Shown: positions 37,226-51,109 of the stretch, in pieces
Numbering within the stretch: the stretch's first letter is position 1
Layout of the letters: every line of letters starts with the position of its first letter
Source of the DNA: Mobula hypostoma
Taxonomy: Eukaryota
Assembly: GCF_963921235.1 (NCBI RefSeq)
Contig: NC_086118.1
Span: 27,716,001 to 27,780,000 of the forward strand
Reading direction: 5' to 3'
DNA length: 64,000 bases
Made by a program: the position numbers and the translations under genes
Notes under the pieces: generated by a model
The model's input: only the letters and a program-made list of their open reading frames with translations
The model's database searches: none
Told to the model about the DNA's origin: nothing

Positions 37226-38319
37226 GCAGATATTAGTTTTAGTGTTTCTGCTTTTTAAATTTCACTCTACCTCAAAGTCCTTCAGCAAAAACTACCTTAC
37301 ATTTGTCTGCACCCTTGGGTTCCTTCTCAGACCTTAAACAGGGGTTCTTCCTTCAACATTTCCTGTGAGGTGCTGTTCTAATTCTGGCAACAGCATCCAG
37401 CACTCTTGTGACCCTTGGTCCCAGCTGCAGAGATCAACATCTTTTTGTCTTCCAGTGCTATCTACCACTGCAGCCATATTCCTCACTGTTCTCCCAAAGT
37501 CACAGAATTCCTATACTGTGGTATCATTGTCTTTGCAGTCTTTGGTCTCATCTACACCACCATGAGGTACTTAGTAATTGCTGAACTGGAGTAGGTAAGG
37601 AAACTAAAATAAACAATAAAGACAGTCTAACTACATGAGTTCTTGGATCTTTGCTGTTGCACCAAAATGAATTTTTTGAAAATTATTTAATGCTAGTCCA
37701 TTTTTGCCTGTTGCACAGAACAGCTGGTATGGTAGCACTGATTTACCATTAACATTATAGAACAAACAGCCTGTTCTCAATCTTGCTGAACAATTCATAA
37801 AAAGTGGTGGAATTGTACATTAATTAATTAAAACATTACACGTTCAATATGGGCAGAAATCTGCCTGCAATGTTAATTAGATCTGAAGAATAGAAGGGAA
37901 GCAAATCAAACTCTGGAACTGCAGACTTGAAGATAGTAAATTGATTTTTTTTTTGCATTTTTTCCTCATTTGAATATGTAGACTTTTCCCTACAGTTGAT
38001 TTCTTTTGCGTAGTCAATAGAGCAAAATTGGAAGTCCAGTTTAACACTAGTATTTTCCTCATGAAAACTGACATAAAGTGTTTGTTTAATTCATTTGCAA
38101 TTTCATTATTTTCTTTATAAATTCCTTCATCTCTCTTCGGAAAAGATCCATATTTTCCCTCACTTTTTCTTTGTCTATTCTTTTCTTATCTTTTTCTTTT
38201 TTATATACGATAAGATTTTATGCTCTGTTTCTCATTGACATATCTATATGACTCAAAAAGGAGTTATTCAGCTCATTACATCCATACAGATGTAGCTGAG
38301 CAATCTGCAATCATTTCTT

Positions 38320-39545
38320 TGGTCAGTAAGACCGAAGAATTCATTGTGGAATTCAGAAAGGGTAAGACGAGAGAACACACTCCAGTCATCATCGAGAGAT
38401 TGGAAGTGGAAAGGGTGAGCACTGTCAAATTCCCCGGTGTCAACATCTCCGATAATCTATCCTGAGCCCAACATATCGATGCAGTTACCTCCGAAGGTAT
38501 GACAGCGGCTATATTTCGCTAGGACTTTTAGGAGATTTGGTATGTCACAAAAGACACTACATGTACAGATATACCACAAAAAGCATTCTAACTGGATGCA
38601 TCAATCATCTGGTATGGGGGAGGAGGTGGGGGCTACCACACAGGATTGAAATAAGCTGCAGAAAGTTGTACATTCAATTCAGGATCAGGTTTAATATCAT
38701 TGGCATATATCTTGAGATTTGTTAACTTTGCAGCAACAGTACAATGCAATACATGACAATATAAAGAAAAATATGGAATTAGAGTGTGTGCACAAAAATA
38801 GAAATTTAAAAACATAGCGAGGTGGTGTCTATAGGTTCAGTGTCCATTCAGAAAATCAGATGGCAGAGGTGAAGAAGCTGTTTCTGAATCGTTGAGTGTG
38901 TACCTTTCTGTTGGTAACAATGAGAAGAGGGCATGTTCTGGGTGTTTGGGGGTCCTTCATAGTGGAACCTGCCTTTTTGAAGCATTGCCTTTTGACGATG
39001 TCTTCAATAATATGGAGGCTTAGTGCCCATGATGGAGCTGACTAATTTTACAACGCGCTTCGATCCTCTGCACGAGCACACCCACCCCACATACCAGACA
39101 GTGACATAGCCAGATAGAATGCACGCCACACTACATCTGTGTGTGTTTTTTTTAAAGTGAGCTCCATCATGAGCACTAGTCTCCCAAGCATCCAGGAAAT
39201 TTCCAGGAGCAATACCTCAAAAGGCAGCATCCATCTTTGAGGACCGCCATCACCCAGGGCATGCTGTCTTCTCATTGCTATCATTAGGGAAGAAGTACAG
39301 AGAATGCACACTCGGCAATTCAGGACAAGCTTCTTCCCCTCTGCCATCAGATTTCTGAATGGACGTTGAACCCATGAACAGTTCCTCACTACATGTTTCC
39401 CCTTTTTTTGCAATATTTATTTAATTTGACATTTTTAACATGTGCACTAATTGTAACTTACAGTTTTTATTCTTGTGTATTGCAAATGTACTGCAGTTGC
39501 GTAACAGCATTTTTCACGACTTATGACATTAAACCTGATTCTGAC
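38320..39545. mobile_element. Cluster of three Rex1-like 3' fragments (+ ~38320-38670, - ~38675-39140, + ~39160-39545)
   Basis: VSKTEEFIVEFRKGK..VKFPGVNISDNLS. Shared 3' UTR and tails ATTAAACCTGAT(T/C)CTGA on both strands. Confidence 0.75.
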
Positions 39546-40714
39546 TGGTACCATTCCTCCCTTGCTTCCTGCTATTCTGTTTGTTCTTCCCCCCAGATAC
39601 CTATCAACTTCTCTTTCGTGCTGTTGCCATTTATCTATACTAAGGGTAATTTACACTGGAACACATACACAGCACATCAGGGAATCAATCAGAGATAGTG
39701 CCTGAGGTTAGGTTCTAACCCAGGTCATTTGAGCTGTGAGGTAGCAGTACTTACTGCAGTACCACTGTACTATGCCAAGCTATAAATATTCCATGAGTAC
39801 TCCGTTTTCCTTTTTATCAGTCTTTGCTGAGTTCTTAAACATTCTCAATCCTCAGGCTTATTTTTGTTCTGGCAAACTCATACATAATTTTCCTAGATTT
39901 AATAACATCTCTAGTTTCTTCTACAATCCATGATTGAATCATTTTTCCTGTTGTGGATTTGTTGCAAGGTCTACCTGACAACATTTGAAATGCAGTAAAT
40001 ACTTTCAAAGAAATCCCACAGGCTGACTTTCAGAAATCATCTAGTATTTTGGTTTCATAAGATCTTATCCCACTAGCTACCCAAATCTAACTTCATAACA
40101 GATGTTCTGACAGAGAGGTGAGCAACAAGTCTTCAGATGTGAGGAGGTTGTTAGTATAACTTCACATAGCCTTGCAAAAACATGACTCAATTTCCTATCA
40201 AAAATTCAATAGTGTTTAATTATAACACAAGGGGTCAATTGATCTATTGAAGCAAAAGTTTGAACATGATTAACTTTCTTTTTCCTTGGGCCTGTGTCAG
40301 TGATGTTAACCAGTGCCAAACAGTGAAAGAAAGATACAGAACAGATACTGTTCCCCAAGTGTGTGTCAGCTATTAACCATACATTTAGGCTAGTCCAACA
40401 TTTATCCTAGTTTTTTTTTCTCCATATTCTCAGCAACTGCTCCAGACTCTGCCATTGACCTACACTCTAGGTGCACTTTACCAAGCTACCAACCTGCATT
40501 GTCTCTGGGATGTGAGACCATCCAAAAGAAACCTACAGAAAGATGCATGAAATTCTGAGCAACATTTACAAGTAAATTCTGCCCCTTTCCTTTCTAGTCC
40601 TGATGGAGGGCCTCAACCTGAAGTATCATCTGTTCATTTCCCTCTGTTAATGCTTCCCAATGTGCTGAGTTCCCTCACTATTATGCGTGTGTTGCAATCA
40701 CAGCGACAATGTTC

Positions 40715-41865
40715 CTTAATACCTGTATAATACCATCATCCCTATCAAAACTAATCAATAAGCTCCAAGACATTGGCCTCAATGCCACCTTGTGCAAATG
40801 GATCCTGGATTTTCTCACTTGTAGACCCCAGCTGGTTCGGATTGGCAACAACCTCTCCTCCACGATCTCTGTCAGCACACTGCACCACAGGACTGAGTAC
40901 TTAGTCCCTTGCTCCACTCAGTTTACACATATATCTGTGTAGTTAAGTACAGCTGCGATACCATATTCAAGTTTGCTGATGACACCACTGTTGCAGGCTG
41001 AATCAAAGGTGACGATGAATCAGCATACGGGAGGGAGATTCAAAATTTGGCTGAGTGGTGTCAAACAACAACTTCTCACTCGACGTCAGCAAAGCCAACG
41101 AACTGACTGTAAACTTCAGGAGAGGGAAACCGGCTGTCCATGAGCCAGTCCTCATCAGAGGTGGAGAGGGTTAGCAACTTTAAATTCCTGAGTATTACTG
41201 TTTCAGAGGATCTGTGCTGAACCCAGCAATTGTAAAGAAAGCACAGCAGTGCCTGTACTTCCTTAGGAGTCTGTGGAGATTGAGCATGACATCTAAAACA
41301 TTGACAAAGTTTTATAGATGGGCAATGGAGAATGTATTGACTGGCTACATCATGGCCTGGAATAGAAATACCAATGCCTTCGAATGGAAAATACTACAAA
41401 AGCTATTGAATTTGACCTAGTACATCACAGATAAAGCCCTTCCAACCATTGAGCACACCTATGCGAAATGCAGTTGTAGGAAAGTAGCATCCGTCATTGG
41501 AGAGTCTCACCACCCAGGCCATACTCTTTCCTCACTGCTGCCATTAAATAGAAGATAGAAGAGCCTCAGGACTCGCAACACCAGGCTCGAGCAATTATTA
41601 CCTCACAACCGTCAAGCTCTTGAATAATGGAGAACACTACACTCCCATCCTTTGAGATGTTCCCAAAACCAAAGATCTCACTTTAAGGGTTCTTTATCTT
41701 GTTATCTCATGTTCTCGTTATTTATTACTATTTATTTACGATCCTGTTATAGTTACTATTTTATACATTTGCTAAGTATGCTCACCAGAAACTGAATCTT
41801 GGGGATGTATATGGTGACACACTGTACATGCACCTTGATACTGTAATAGGATTTACTTTGTACTT
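40715..41865 (+). mobile_element. Rex1/Babar-like LINE 3' half, degenerate
   Basis: [42 protein letters not shown] (FKFADDT) and KKAQQCLYFLRSL. Confidence 0.85.
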
Positions 41866-44759
41866 TGAATGTGCAAACTCCACACAGCCAGCGCCTGAGG
41901 CTTCACTAGCTGTGTTTAATTTAATGTGATCAAATTTAATGTGATCAAATATTAATGTGCACTGACAGGTGAATGAGTTTTGATATATATAATGTGAAAT
42001 GAAATATAATGTTCTGGAATTCATTATCAAAAGGACACTAGGAGCAGAATAACTTGTAACCTTCACATTGCAATCTATATAATAAAAATAGAAACAAAAT
42101 TTCAGAACTAATGAAAAAGTGTTGGTGAGTAGGACTGATAGCCTCTTAACTGCAAATTGATGTACAATATCTCAAACATTTAAAATGGAAGGCAAATGTG
42201 CACAATTTGTGTCAGTCTTTTTTCTAATAAGACAGCTAATAAGTTTGCATTTATGTTAGCTATTTGTAGGTTCAGGAAATCCCATATAGTTTTTCAGGCA
42301 ATGAGCTATTTATGAAGTGAAATATCAGTGTTGGGATTTGTCTCCAAAATACATGATGCTTTCCACAGCCTTCTCACTGCACCTTCATACAAAATCATGG
42401 GCATCATATCGATAAAATAACCAGTCTTTTATGGGTTCCATTCCAGGACATTGAACAAAGTTGAAAAGGAAACTGAATATACATGATCATTATAATGTTT
42501 TAATGAGTCTAGAATCCGGAATTGTGCTCTTGGTCAGTGTAATTACAGCTATTCTATTATTCTAAGAAGTGAATGAAAACAGTAAAGTTCAAATTTTCTA
42601 AATCAGTGTCAGTTCCAGGAAAGGTACCAGTATAGTTAATGAGGAATAGGGTCATTCTGTGTGAAATTTTTGATGGAGATAACTATATAACATTAAGTAG
42701 CTTACTGCATGGAAATTCATATGGATGGTGCTTATGTTGAGTTCCAGAAGTTATTTATTAAATTTGCATAAATAAGTTATTGAAAGAATATGGTAATAGA
42801 GATAATGTTGGATGAAGTTGGCTGGTAATTATTTGGGATCTGAGAAGTGGTGAAGACCAGGGTTAGGTCCAAGTCCTCAGCTTTCATTGTATATGTCAGT
42901 CACTTGAATAACAATAGATGAATTCATACATCTCATCCATTGTCCAACATGACGTTAGAAGATGCAGTGAGTTGGATATATAAGCAGGAAATTACCATTG
43001 GCCATTCACAGGTTTTGAGAATTGAAAAAAAACATGGAGGTTGGAATTCATTGTGCATGGAGAAAGACAAGCAAAAATGCTGGGGTCAGGAAAGATTAAA
43101 GATGTAAATTCCAGAGAGATCTAAATGAATTTTAAGATATTAAGGGGTTCAATATAGTAAAAGGAGCAAAAGTATTTTGTTTGATAAGTATGGAGGAAGT
43201 ACAATCATAAAATACAGTAATGTCATTGGGGGAGGGTGGGAGGGGAAGAAATCAGGAATTTTATCACTAAAAAGATGGTCAACATTTGGAACCCACTGTC
43301 TCTCAGCAGTTTCTGGTTGCTGCATTTCAATAAACTTTCATATCTGAGACTGGTAGATCTTCATGAGTCAAGCTGTCAGTATTTATAAATACATTGACCA
43401 GTAAATTGTGGGAATGATTTTGAGACTTCCATGATCCTGGAAGTTAGGAATATGGCCTTTCAAATTCTACATGTCCCCTAGAATAGTTTTTCTAACTACA
43501 ATCATCGTAAATTTAGTGGCTGTGCCACTGAAGAATCTCAATTTATTTTTCCCATATCAATCCAAACATGCCATGGTTAGCTAATAGAAATCATAAGAAC
43601 TGCAGATGTGGAAAACCTGAAAAAAGATTACAAAACAGAGGAAATCTTGAAAAGAGAAACAGCATTCATATTTCAAGTCAAAGACACAGGCTTCTTATGA
43701 AGGGCTTTGACCTGAAGTATTAGCTCTGGTTTTTCTCCCTCTCTTCCAATGTTGCTAGACCTAGTGTGTGTTTTCAGCATTTTCATTTTTTTTACTTGAT
43801 TAGCCACCTGTTTTATTAATATTAACTAATTATAATATAAGTATCAAACTAGTGCTCTTTAATCTCCCAAATTTTCATCATTTTCTTTCGGTAGTGGCAT
43901 CTTTATCTTGCTGAAAATTCATATACCCTGTGGTTCCAAGTTTAATCCCTATTACGTTACTAAACTTTGCAAGACAATCAATTTACTTGGAATGGCTTAT
44001 ATTACATATATCCCACTTAAGTATCAATACAGGATCTTTGCGTAGAAACCCTGTTTTTGTCTACATCTTCAGGATAGATCATGAAACCATATATTTCACT
44101 TCTTTTATGTCCTTTGCATTTGTTTCTCATCTTGAATGTGATTCAGGGACTGTTGGAGCCTGCGATTTGCAGTTTGAAGGTTGTTTGTGTGTTTCATCGC
44201 TCTGCAGACTCCGAGGGGATTCTGGGAGGCAGAGGCAGTGTGCGGGAACCTTATTGTGAGAAGGCTGCAAGTCGATGGTTGACTTCATTTTGCTGATTAA
44301 AGCTTCCAATGTTTGCTGAAAAAAGCGACAAGGAGATTAAGATGCCGGCTGCCTGTCTTTTTATTGTTGGGGGAATCACAGGAGAAGGGAGACTGCCTTT
44401 TTATGGCTGGTGAGATTGCTCTGCTATGGAAAAGGAAAATATTGCCCTCGTTTACTGCGTTTTGGATGTGGACTCGGACTATATACATTGTTTTCAGTCC
44501 CATGGTTTTTAGTTTTCTGTGTTTTTTGCCTGATCTTTCTCCTTTTTTGTGTATGGGGGAGGGGGATTTGGTGGGGGGCGGTGGTTGATGTGCCCGTCTT
44601 GTTTTTGTTCATTTTCTTTGTGCAGGAAGAGAGATTGTAGGGGTTGATGATCATGCTACCATTTTCTTTCTTGGTTTCATGGCTATCTGGAGAAGAAGAA
44701 TTTCAGAGTTTTACATTTCGATAATTTATTGACATACAGTGTGGAGTAGACCCTTCCGG

Positions 44760-45204
44760 TGCTGGTACCATGTAACCCAGTACTACCTGTCGCATGGTAA
44801 GTTGGTCGGCGACTATACTGGCTCCCCCACCAGGCATGCCTGGTCAGGAGGGTGGCTAGACACCCTGCAGGACGAAAAACAAGACCTGTCAAAGGGCGGA
44901 CGAACCCTCTTGTAGTAACAAAGGCCATCCAGCAAACATGTGCCGTGAAGTGCGGAAAGGGCATCCCCTGCATCGAAGCTTGGTCTGGACATTCACTGCA
45001 ACAGAACTTCCCCCAGCCGTCTTGGACTTCACCATGCCACTGGATCTGGGAGGGGATGTCGAGAGGGTGGGTCTGGACCTGTGCAACCCCCTATTCACCT
45101 AAAATCCACTCACACACACGCTGTTCTTTTCTGAGGAATGGGGGACCACCCCACTAACTGACTGAAAGGAACTATCATCATCCTATGGGATGGATGGAGA
45201 GCGA

Positions 45205-45238
<34 letters not shown>
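44760..45238 (+). mobile_element. Non-autonomous ~480-bp retroposon, probably bipartite RTE-derived, ending in (CA)n and inserted in a SINE tail
   Basis: GC/CpG-rich structured island with no ORF. It interrupts the minus-strand SINE tail (CCCTTCCGG ... CTGGCCCTTC). Pseudoknot-like 5' end. The RTE origin is inference. Confidence 0.5.
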
Positions 45239-45239
<1 letters not shown>

Positions 45240-45242
<3 letters not shown>

Positions 45243-45490
45243 GGCCCTTCAAGGCCCTTCAGTCTCCTGAGTTAACCCTGGTTCAATCACAGGACAATTT
45301 ACAATGACCAATTAACCTACCAATCGGTAGGTCTTTGGAATGTGGAAGGAAGCTGGAGCACCCAGGGAAAATGCATGTGGACATGGGGAGAATGTACAAC
45401 CTCCATACAGGCAGAGATGGGAATTGAACCTGGATCACTGGTATTGTAAGCTGCTGTGCTAAACCCACTGTGCTACCATGCTGCCCCATT
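45240..45490 (-). mobile_element. HE1/V-SINE-like tRNA-derived SINE
   Basis: Minus strand has an A-box region GGCAGCATGGTAGCACAGTGG, B box GGTTCAATTCC and core GGGTGCTCCAGCTTCCTTCCACATTCCAAAGAC. Confidence 0.85.
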
Positions 45491-45649
45491 ATAAGGTTCA
45501 TCCGAAATGAATATTTGACCAGACATAACTTATGGTCTGATTCTACAAGAGGAGTCACAAACCAATTGATTCAGAATGCAGCTTGTCCCCAAGGTTCCTG
45601 TTCCTTACTTGCTTTTCAGGAGCAAATAGTGAGCTTCTATACAATATAG

Positions 45650-46846
45650 CAGGGGTCCCCAACTTTTTTTTGCAATGCAGACCGGTTTATTATTGTCAAT
45701 ATTCTTGCGGACCAGCCGACCCGGTGGGGGGGGGGCGCGGGATAGGGTTGACAACGGACAAGAGTAGCAGTCAAATATGTTGTGTTTAACCCGAGAAAGA
45801 CTACAATGACCATGAAGCTTTGCGCGGGCACCAGTGCACATGCGTGTACATGCCGATTTTTTTCTACAAATAGTTTTTGTTGATTCTGTTCAGGGGGGGG
45901 GTGTTAATCACGACCGGAATATAGGTGATAAGTGGCTAATACACTCAATTTTGTTTCTAAAAGGGTTTATCTAACGAATTTAATATTAAACACAGATCGC
46001 ATATTTTCATCGCATGAATATAGTGATAAGTCAATTATCAGGGGAGCTTGAAGTAAGTGTTGAACGAACTTCCAGTAGAAGTGGTAGAGGCAGGTTCGAT
46101 ATTATCATTTAAAGAAAAATTGGATAGGTATATGGACAGGAAAGGAATGGAGGGTTAGGGGCTGAGTGCAGGTTGGTGGGACTGGATGAGAGTAAGAGTT
46201 CGGCATGGACTAGAAGGGCCGAGATGGCCTGTTTCCGTGCTGTAATTGTTATATGGTTATATAAGTCACTTATAAGTCAATAGCATCATAACCTTTTAAA
46301 TAACATTTGAATATTAAACACACAACACGTATTTTCCCCATATGAACACATAAAATTATTGCAACACACCAATATCGCTGAATCAGTGGGAGCCCTGGGC
46401 TTGTTTCCCTGCAACATTGAGGGGTGACGGGAGACAGTGATATTCGAACGGAGTTCCTTGCGTCCAGTCTATTCCGCAATTTAGTTTTCATTGCATTAAT
46501 TGCAGAGATATGTTGGAAATGGAAGCAACGTTTTCAGTGCTTTTGTGGCTATCTCAGGATATTTGGCCTTGACTTTCATCCAGAATGCCGGCAGAGCTGT
46601 TATGTCCAACATACTTTTCAGCCCGCCATCAGTTGCAAGCTCGAGGAGTTGATCTCCTTCCCGCGCTGACATGGATGACGCACAGGTAATGACCGTGCAT
46701 GCGTTCAAGCTCCACAGTGGGCGTGACAGGGAATGAGGAAAGGTGCAGCTGACTCATATCACCAAATCATATCGTTTCCTCGCGGCCCCGTAGCACGTGC
46801 TTTGCGGCCCGATACCAGTCCGCAGCCCGGTGGTTGGGAACCGTTG
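45650..46846 (-). mobile_element. hAT (Charlie/Buster-type) internally deleted DNA transposon
   Basis: TIRs CAGGGGTCCCCAAC and GTTGGGAACCGTTG. Exact 8-bp TSD CAATATAG at 45642-45649 and 46847-46854. hAT C-terminal dimerisation remnant LPAFWMKVKAKYPEIATKALKTLLPFPTYLC...KTKLRNRLD. Confidence 0.95.
46058..46262 (+). mobile_element. CR1 3' end embedded in the hAT element
   Basis: Reads ELPVEVVEAGSILSFKEKLDRYMDRKGMEG, followed by a 3' UTR and (GTTATATG) tail. Confidence 0.85.
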
Positions 46847-47679
46847 CAATATAGGACTGTAATAGTAGCTGGTAGGAAAGCTGACACAGACCTGGCATTG
46901 CTCTGCTGGTGGTCACATATCTTTCACATTCTAATAGTGAAATAGTCCCTTCAAACTCATGAAAACAGGTATCATGTCTGAAGAAGCAGCTGTGAGAAAC
47001 TTTGGTCCTATCCTGCTGCTTCCATTTTTCAATATATGAGAAAATGATGAAAATGCCTTTTAATAAACATAGCATCAGTAAGTTGCTTTATTGTGCATTG
47101 ATTGATGTGCTATCACCACCAACAACAGTCAAAAGACAAATGAAAGCAAAGATATTTAATTTTGTTAGGAGGGCAATGTTTACTGTGAGTGCATCTTCCA
47201 GCTATTTTCCTTAATAATGTCACTATTTGCTAACACTGTTTCTTGCCAGAGTAATATCTTCCATATGATCCTTAATTAAAAGAAGCCATGTTATTAGAAA
47301 ACCCATAAGATTTCAAAGGATGAACCATATTTCAAGCAAATTGACGTCCCCAATGGCTCCCAATTCCCTGCAATGTTTGAAATGTGCATAACTGTGCATT
47401 CTTTTCATTTGCGCTACATTGGCTGCATCACAATCCGTACCATATCAGGTTTGGTAGTATCTACAAAGCAGTAATAAAAGGATGAAGGAACATGCAAGTA
47501 GTGTTGTAGAATCTGATGTATGTTCACTGGGCTAAAATATTTGAAGTTTCTTATACCTGCTGATTATCTAAATTAAGGTTCACATGAGGTCTAGAAAGAC
47601 TCAAAACTTAAATAGATTAGCTTTATTTGTCACATATACATCAAAACATAGTTTTTTAAAGTGTTTTTTGCTTCAACAA

Positions 47680-47915
47680 CCAACACCTTTCGACGATGTG
47701 CTGCGTACAGCCCACAAGTGTTACCATGCTTCCAGAGCCTGTATAGTTTGTCCACAACTTACTAAACCAGACCATTACGTCTTTGGAATGTGGAAGGATA
47801 CTGGAGCACCCGGGGGAAATCGAGGTGGGCATGGGGAGAAGATCCAAAGGAGGGAGTTGAACCCAGGACACTGGTGGCTGAAAATTGCAGCACTAACTTC
47901 TATACTACCATGCAT
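47680..47915 (-). mobile_element. HE1/V-SINE-like SINE
   Basis: Core CGTCTTTGGAATGTGGAAGGATACTGGAGCACCCGG. B box GGTTCAACTCC on the minus strand. Confidence 0.75.
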
Positions 47916-48539
47916 TAATATATTTTTATATCCACTTTTGTCTTACAAAATCAGATAAAATATGCTTCGTCATCTTTATCTAAATAACTATCTCTCGGAG
48001 ATGTGATGTGACCATTTTTTTTTGTTAAAAATCCCAATTTGCATGTAACTAAATTGAAGGTGAATGCCAGTGAAGTGGTGTGTCACTATGTTTGGATACG
48101 GCCCAAGTGTGGAGAGACACTGAAGTGGGGTGGTAGTTCACAGACCTTAATGTGAACTGGATGTTAAGGGAAGTGAGAAGTTAAATACCACCATAACGAA
48201 ACCATAAGGCTGACGTGCATATTCACAAGAGCAATGCCTGCAGGGGTGCATAGACCCTGTAGAAAAGTCCATGATTGTGACATGGTGAGGTGCAATAAGA
48301 GTTGTATCTCTAGCCAGAGTTACGGATTATGTGAATCCTAAACATCACAAGTTATTGATCAAAGAACAAAATCTTTCTTAAGGGAGAGTCAAAGACTTGT
48401 CTATAGAATTTTGGGTCTAATTTAGAGGACTGTGAATAGTGATGGATTAGGAGTACAGCTGCCATTTGCTGAAGCTCAACACGCCTAAAATATCACAGTA
48501 ACAGAAGTCTATCCTTGTGCCCTTCCATCCTTTACATGG

Positions 48540-48740
48540 AGACATGTGGACGCTGACAAAAGAAAACAAGCACAAGGTACCAAAGAACTGCTACCACCAA
48601 GATTTGGAGACTCTGTGAAGATGAAACTTGATTCAGACTGTAGCAGAAAGTAGAAGTGACTCATTACATATCACACCCCATATCAAATGAGGTTTACAAA
48701 CAAGTGGATGCCCCCTATCAGAGGAACAGACCTAGGACCA
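48540..48740 (+). mobile_element. Possible Gypsy-type integrase C-terminal remnant
   Basis: Short translations QGTKELLPPRFGDSVKMKLD and SNEVYKQVDAPYQRNR resemble the GPY/F region (L..L..GD.V; PRSY.V....YRRNR). Heavily decayed. Confidence 0.4.
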
Positions 48741-51109
48741 AGTAAATGCAGTTCTTGATACGGAAGGGAAAGAAACAGGGACTGAACAGTCATTCTGGAT
48801 GCATGTTTTCCCTTTTCTTTCTATTGTTTTACTGTAAATACGTGTGTAATATTAGATGCATACTCCTTCACTCACATCGCAACCTCGCAGTCTTAAGCAA
48901 AAACAGTGTGTGACGGTCTCAAAGTAAAGGAATCTTTGATGTTACATGTTCCCTGCACAAGTTTAATTTATGTCCACATCACTGCATTGTCAAAACTAAC
49001 TGCTTTCCAATGATACACATTGAGCCTACACTTGCATCTTCAAACTTTAGCATATCTGTTGTGTTTGAGTTCAGGTGAGCTGGGGCCCATAACAAGAGAA
49101 CTTATCTAGCATCAGTGATTTAAGGCTGGCTCTGAAAACTAGGTCAAACCTATTCACAAAGAAAAAATACACTGTTTTTACGTGGTATGGTTAGCATTAG
49201 GAAAACAATGATGATGGAAAATAGAGCAATAATGCTTCAAAATAGTATTATTATTTCACTTCTGATCCTCCACAGGATTAATGTGGCAACCTTAAAGCTA
49301 TATTTGAATCACCATTATTTTAACTAAGCTTACTGCAGCACCACATTGTTATTTTCAAGTTACTTTGGCACACTGCTTGAAGGGTTTCTTTAATAGAACA
49401 GTAAATTTTAAATTGATTTTCCTGCTTGTATCACCTCTGATGAAAACTCAGCTTGAACAATGAACTTTGAACCCAAACAAGAATTATTTTATATCAGACC
49501 ACATGTCTACAAATCAACTACTTTCACAGAATAAACACTAAGAATCCATTTTATTTCAATTCTCAAAAAGAACATCGAAAATCAACTGGTAGATTTGATC
49601 CTTTTCAGCTGTTAACCCCAGCGTCTTTGATTATCTTGACGATTTCCGTAATCCCATTTTTTAAAATTTGATTGGAACCATTTTTAAATAACAGCCTCAA
49701 TAATTAGAGCTGAAATGGACAATACATTGGCAATGAAGTGTAAACAACTGTAGCTAATGGTAATATAAATCAAATAATGCATCTTGAACCACAAAACATT
49801 AAATTTCTCTTGTGCTTAACAAACGACTATACTTTATTATAACTAAGAAAAGGTGAAGCACTTAAATAGGGTCAAAACATTACTTGTACATAACGCTAAA
49901 AAGGCATAACATTGAGTGCAGTTTACGTGGGAGGGGTAATAATAATATTATTTGTTCTTCCAAATGTGGGCCATTCAGTAACGAGTTTGCAACTGAAGCT
50001 TGTCTGCAGCTAATAAAAGACAATGTGTTATGCTGCAATAGATTTCGATGCTAGACACTTGGTGATTGAAATTATAATTACAAAATAAATAAAGCTTGTT
50101 TTTGCAGAAACAACTGAGCAAGTAAAATTGTTCAACCCCAAACAATGGAAGTGAATGAGATTCAACCTTGCCCAGTCTAAGAATTGAGAAGGATGTATAG
50201 ATTATGGAAAAACCAACAAAATTAGAGGATGCTCCCATATTTTGAGAAATCTCCTTCAAAAGAAATGATTCACTAGAAAAAAATGTGCTGCATTTTATTT
50301 TAATTACCTTTGTTGGAGTTAATTGATGAAAATTGGCTACATCCTTTGTGCAGGTGTTGCAAGAGTTCCGGTGATTCAAAATTATCTTCAAAGGTTATTT
50401 GTTTGAAATGTTGTTACATGATTATATGCTATATATGTGGAATGCTTGTAAAAATAAAACATAGTAGCTTTTTGTATTGTTTCACAAAAAAACGTAGAAG
50501 ATGGCATAACATGTTAACAAAGGAAATCAAATATGTCACTAATGAAGACAAAATCATTTTCATTAAGAGCTAAAGACATAACATGTTGCTGTCAGCAAGA
50601 GCAATATTCAAGATACAAAATCATTGTTAGGTGCTAGGGTATGGATGTGTCAATCTTTTCTTGGATGAACGGTTCAACTAATATGTTGAATGTCTCAATT
50701 CCTCAAGGAGGTGTTGTTGAAATTATGGGATTAACAGAAATAAATGAAAAGCATTTAATTGGATTTATTATTCAAATTAAAGCAAAGATGCTTGAACTAA
50801 AATCGAATCACTGGAGTCTGATGATTTGCACTTGAAGAAGGAACAAATGAGCACAGCTTCCAACTGAAATGTTCAAAAGAAATTGTGGTGGAGGACATAG
50901 TGAAAAATGTGACTTCCCTTCTTTAAAAGGGAATGTAAGCAAACATAACATTTTAAGCCAATAACAGTCTAACCTCCCACAAAAACAGACTTCTTCAAAA
51001 TAGAATCTTATTTTGAGACATATAAGTACTGACGCTGTAAAGTATATCACTGCTGTTCTAAAATCACAAACTATGGAGATTGTTTTAAAAATGATCCTTC
51101 AAGAACTTG

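Noticed and set aside
41917..41960. 15-bp tandem repeat (AATTTAATGTGATCA)
   Set aside because: A short slippage-type duplication of 2-3 units with no further structure.
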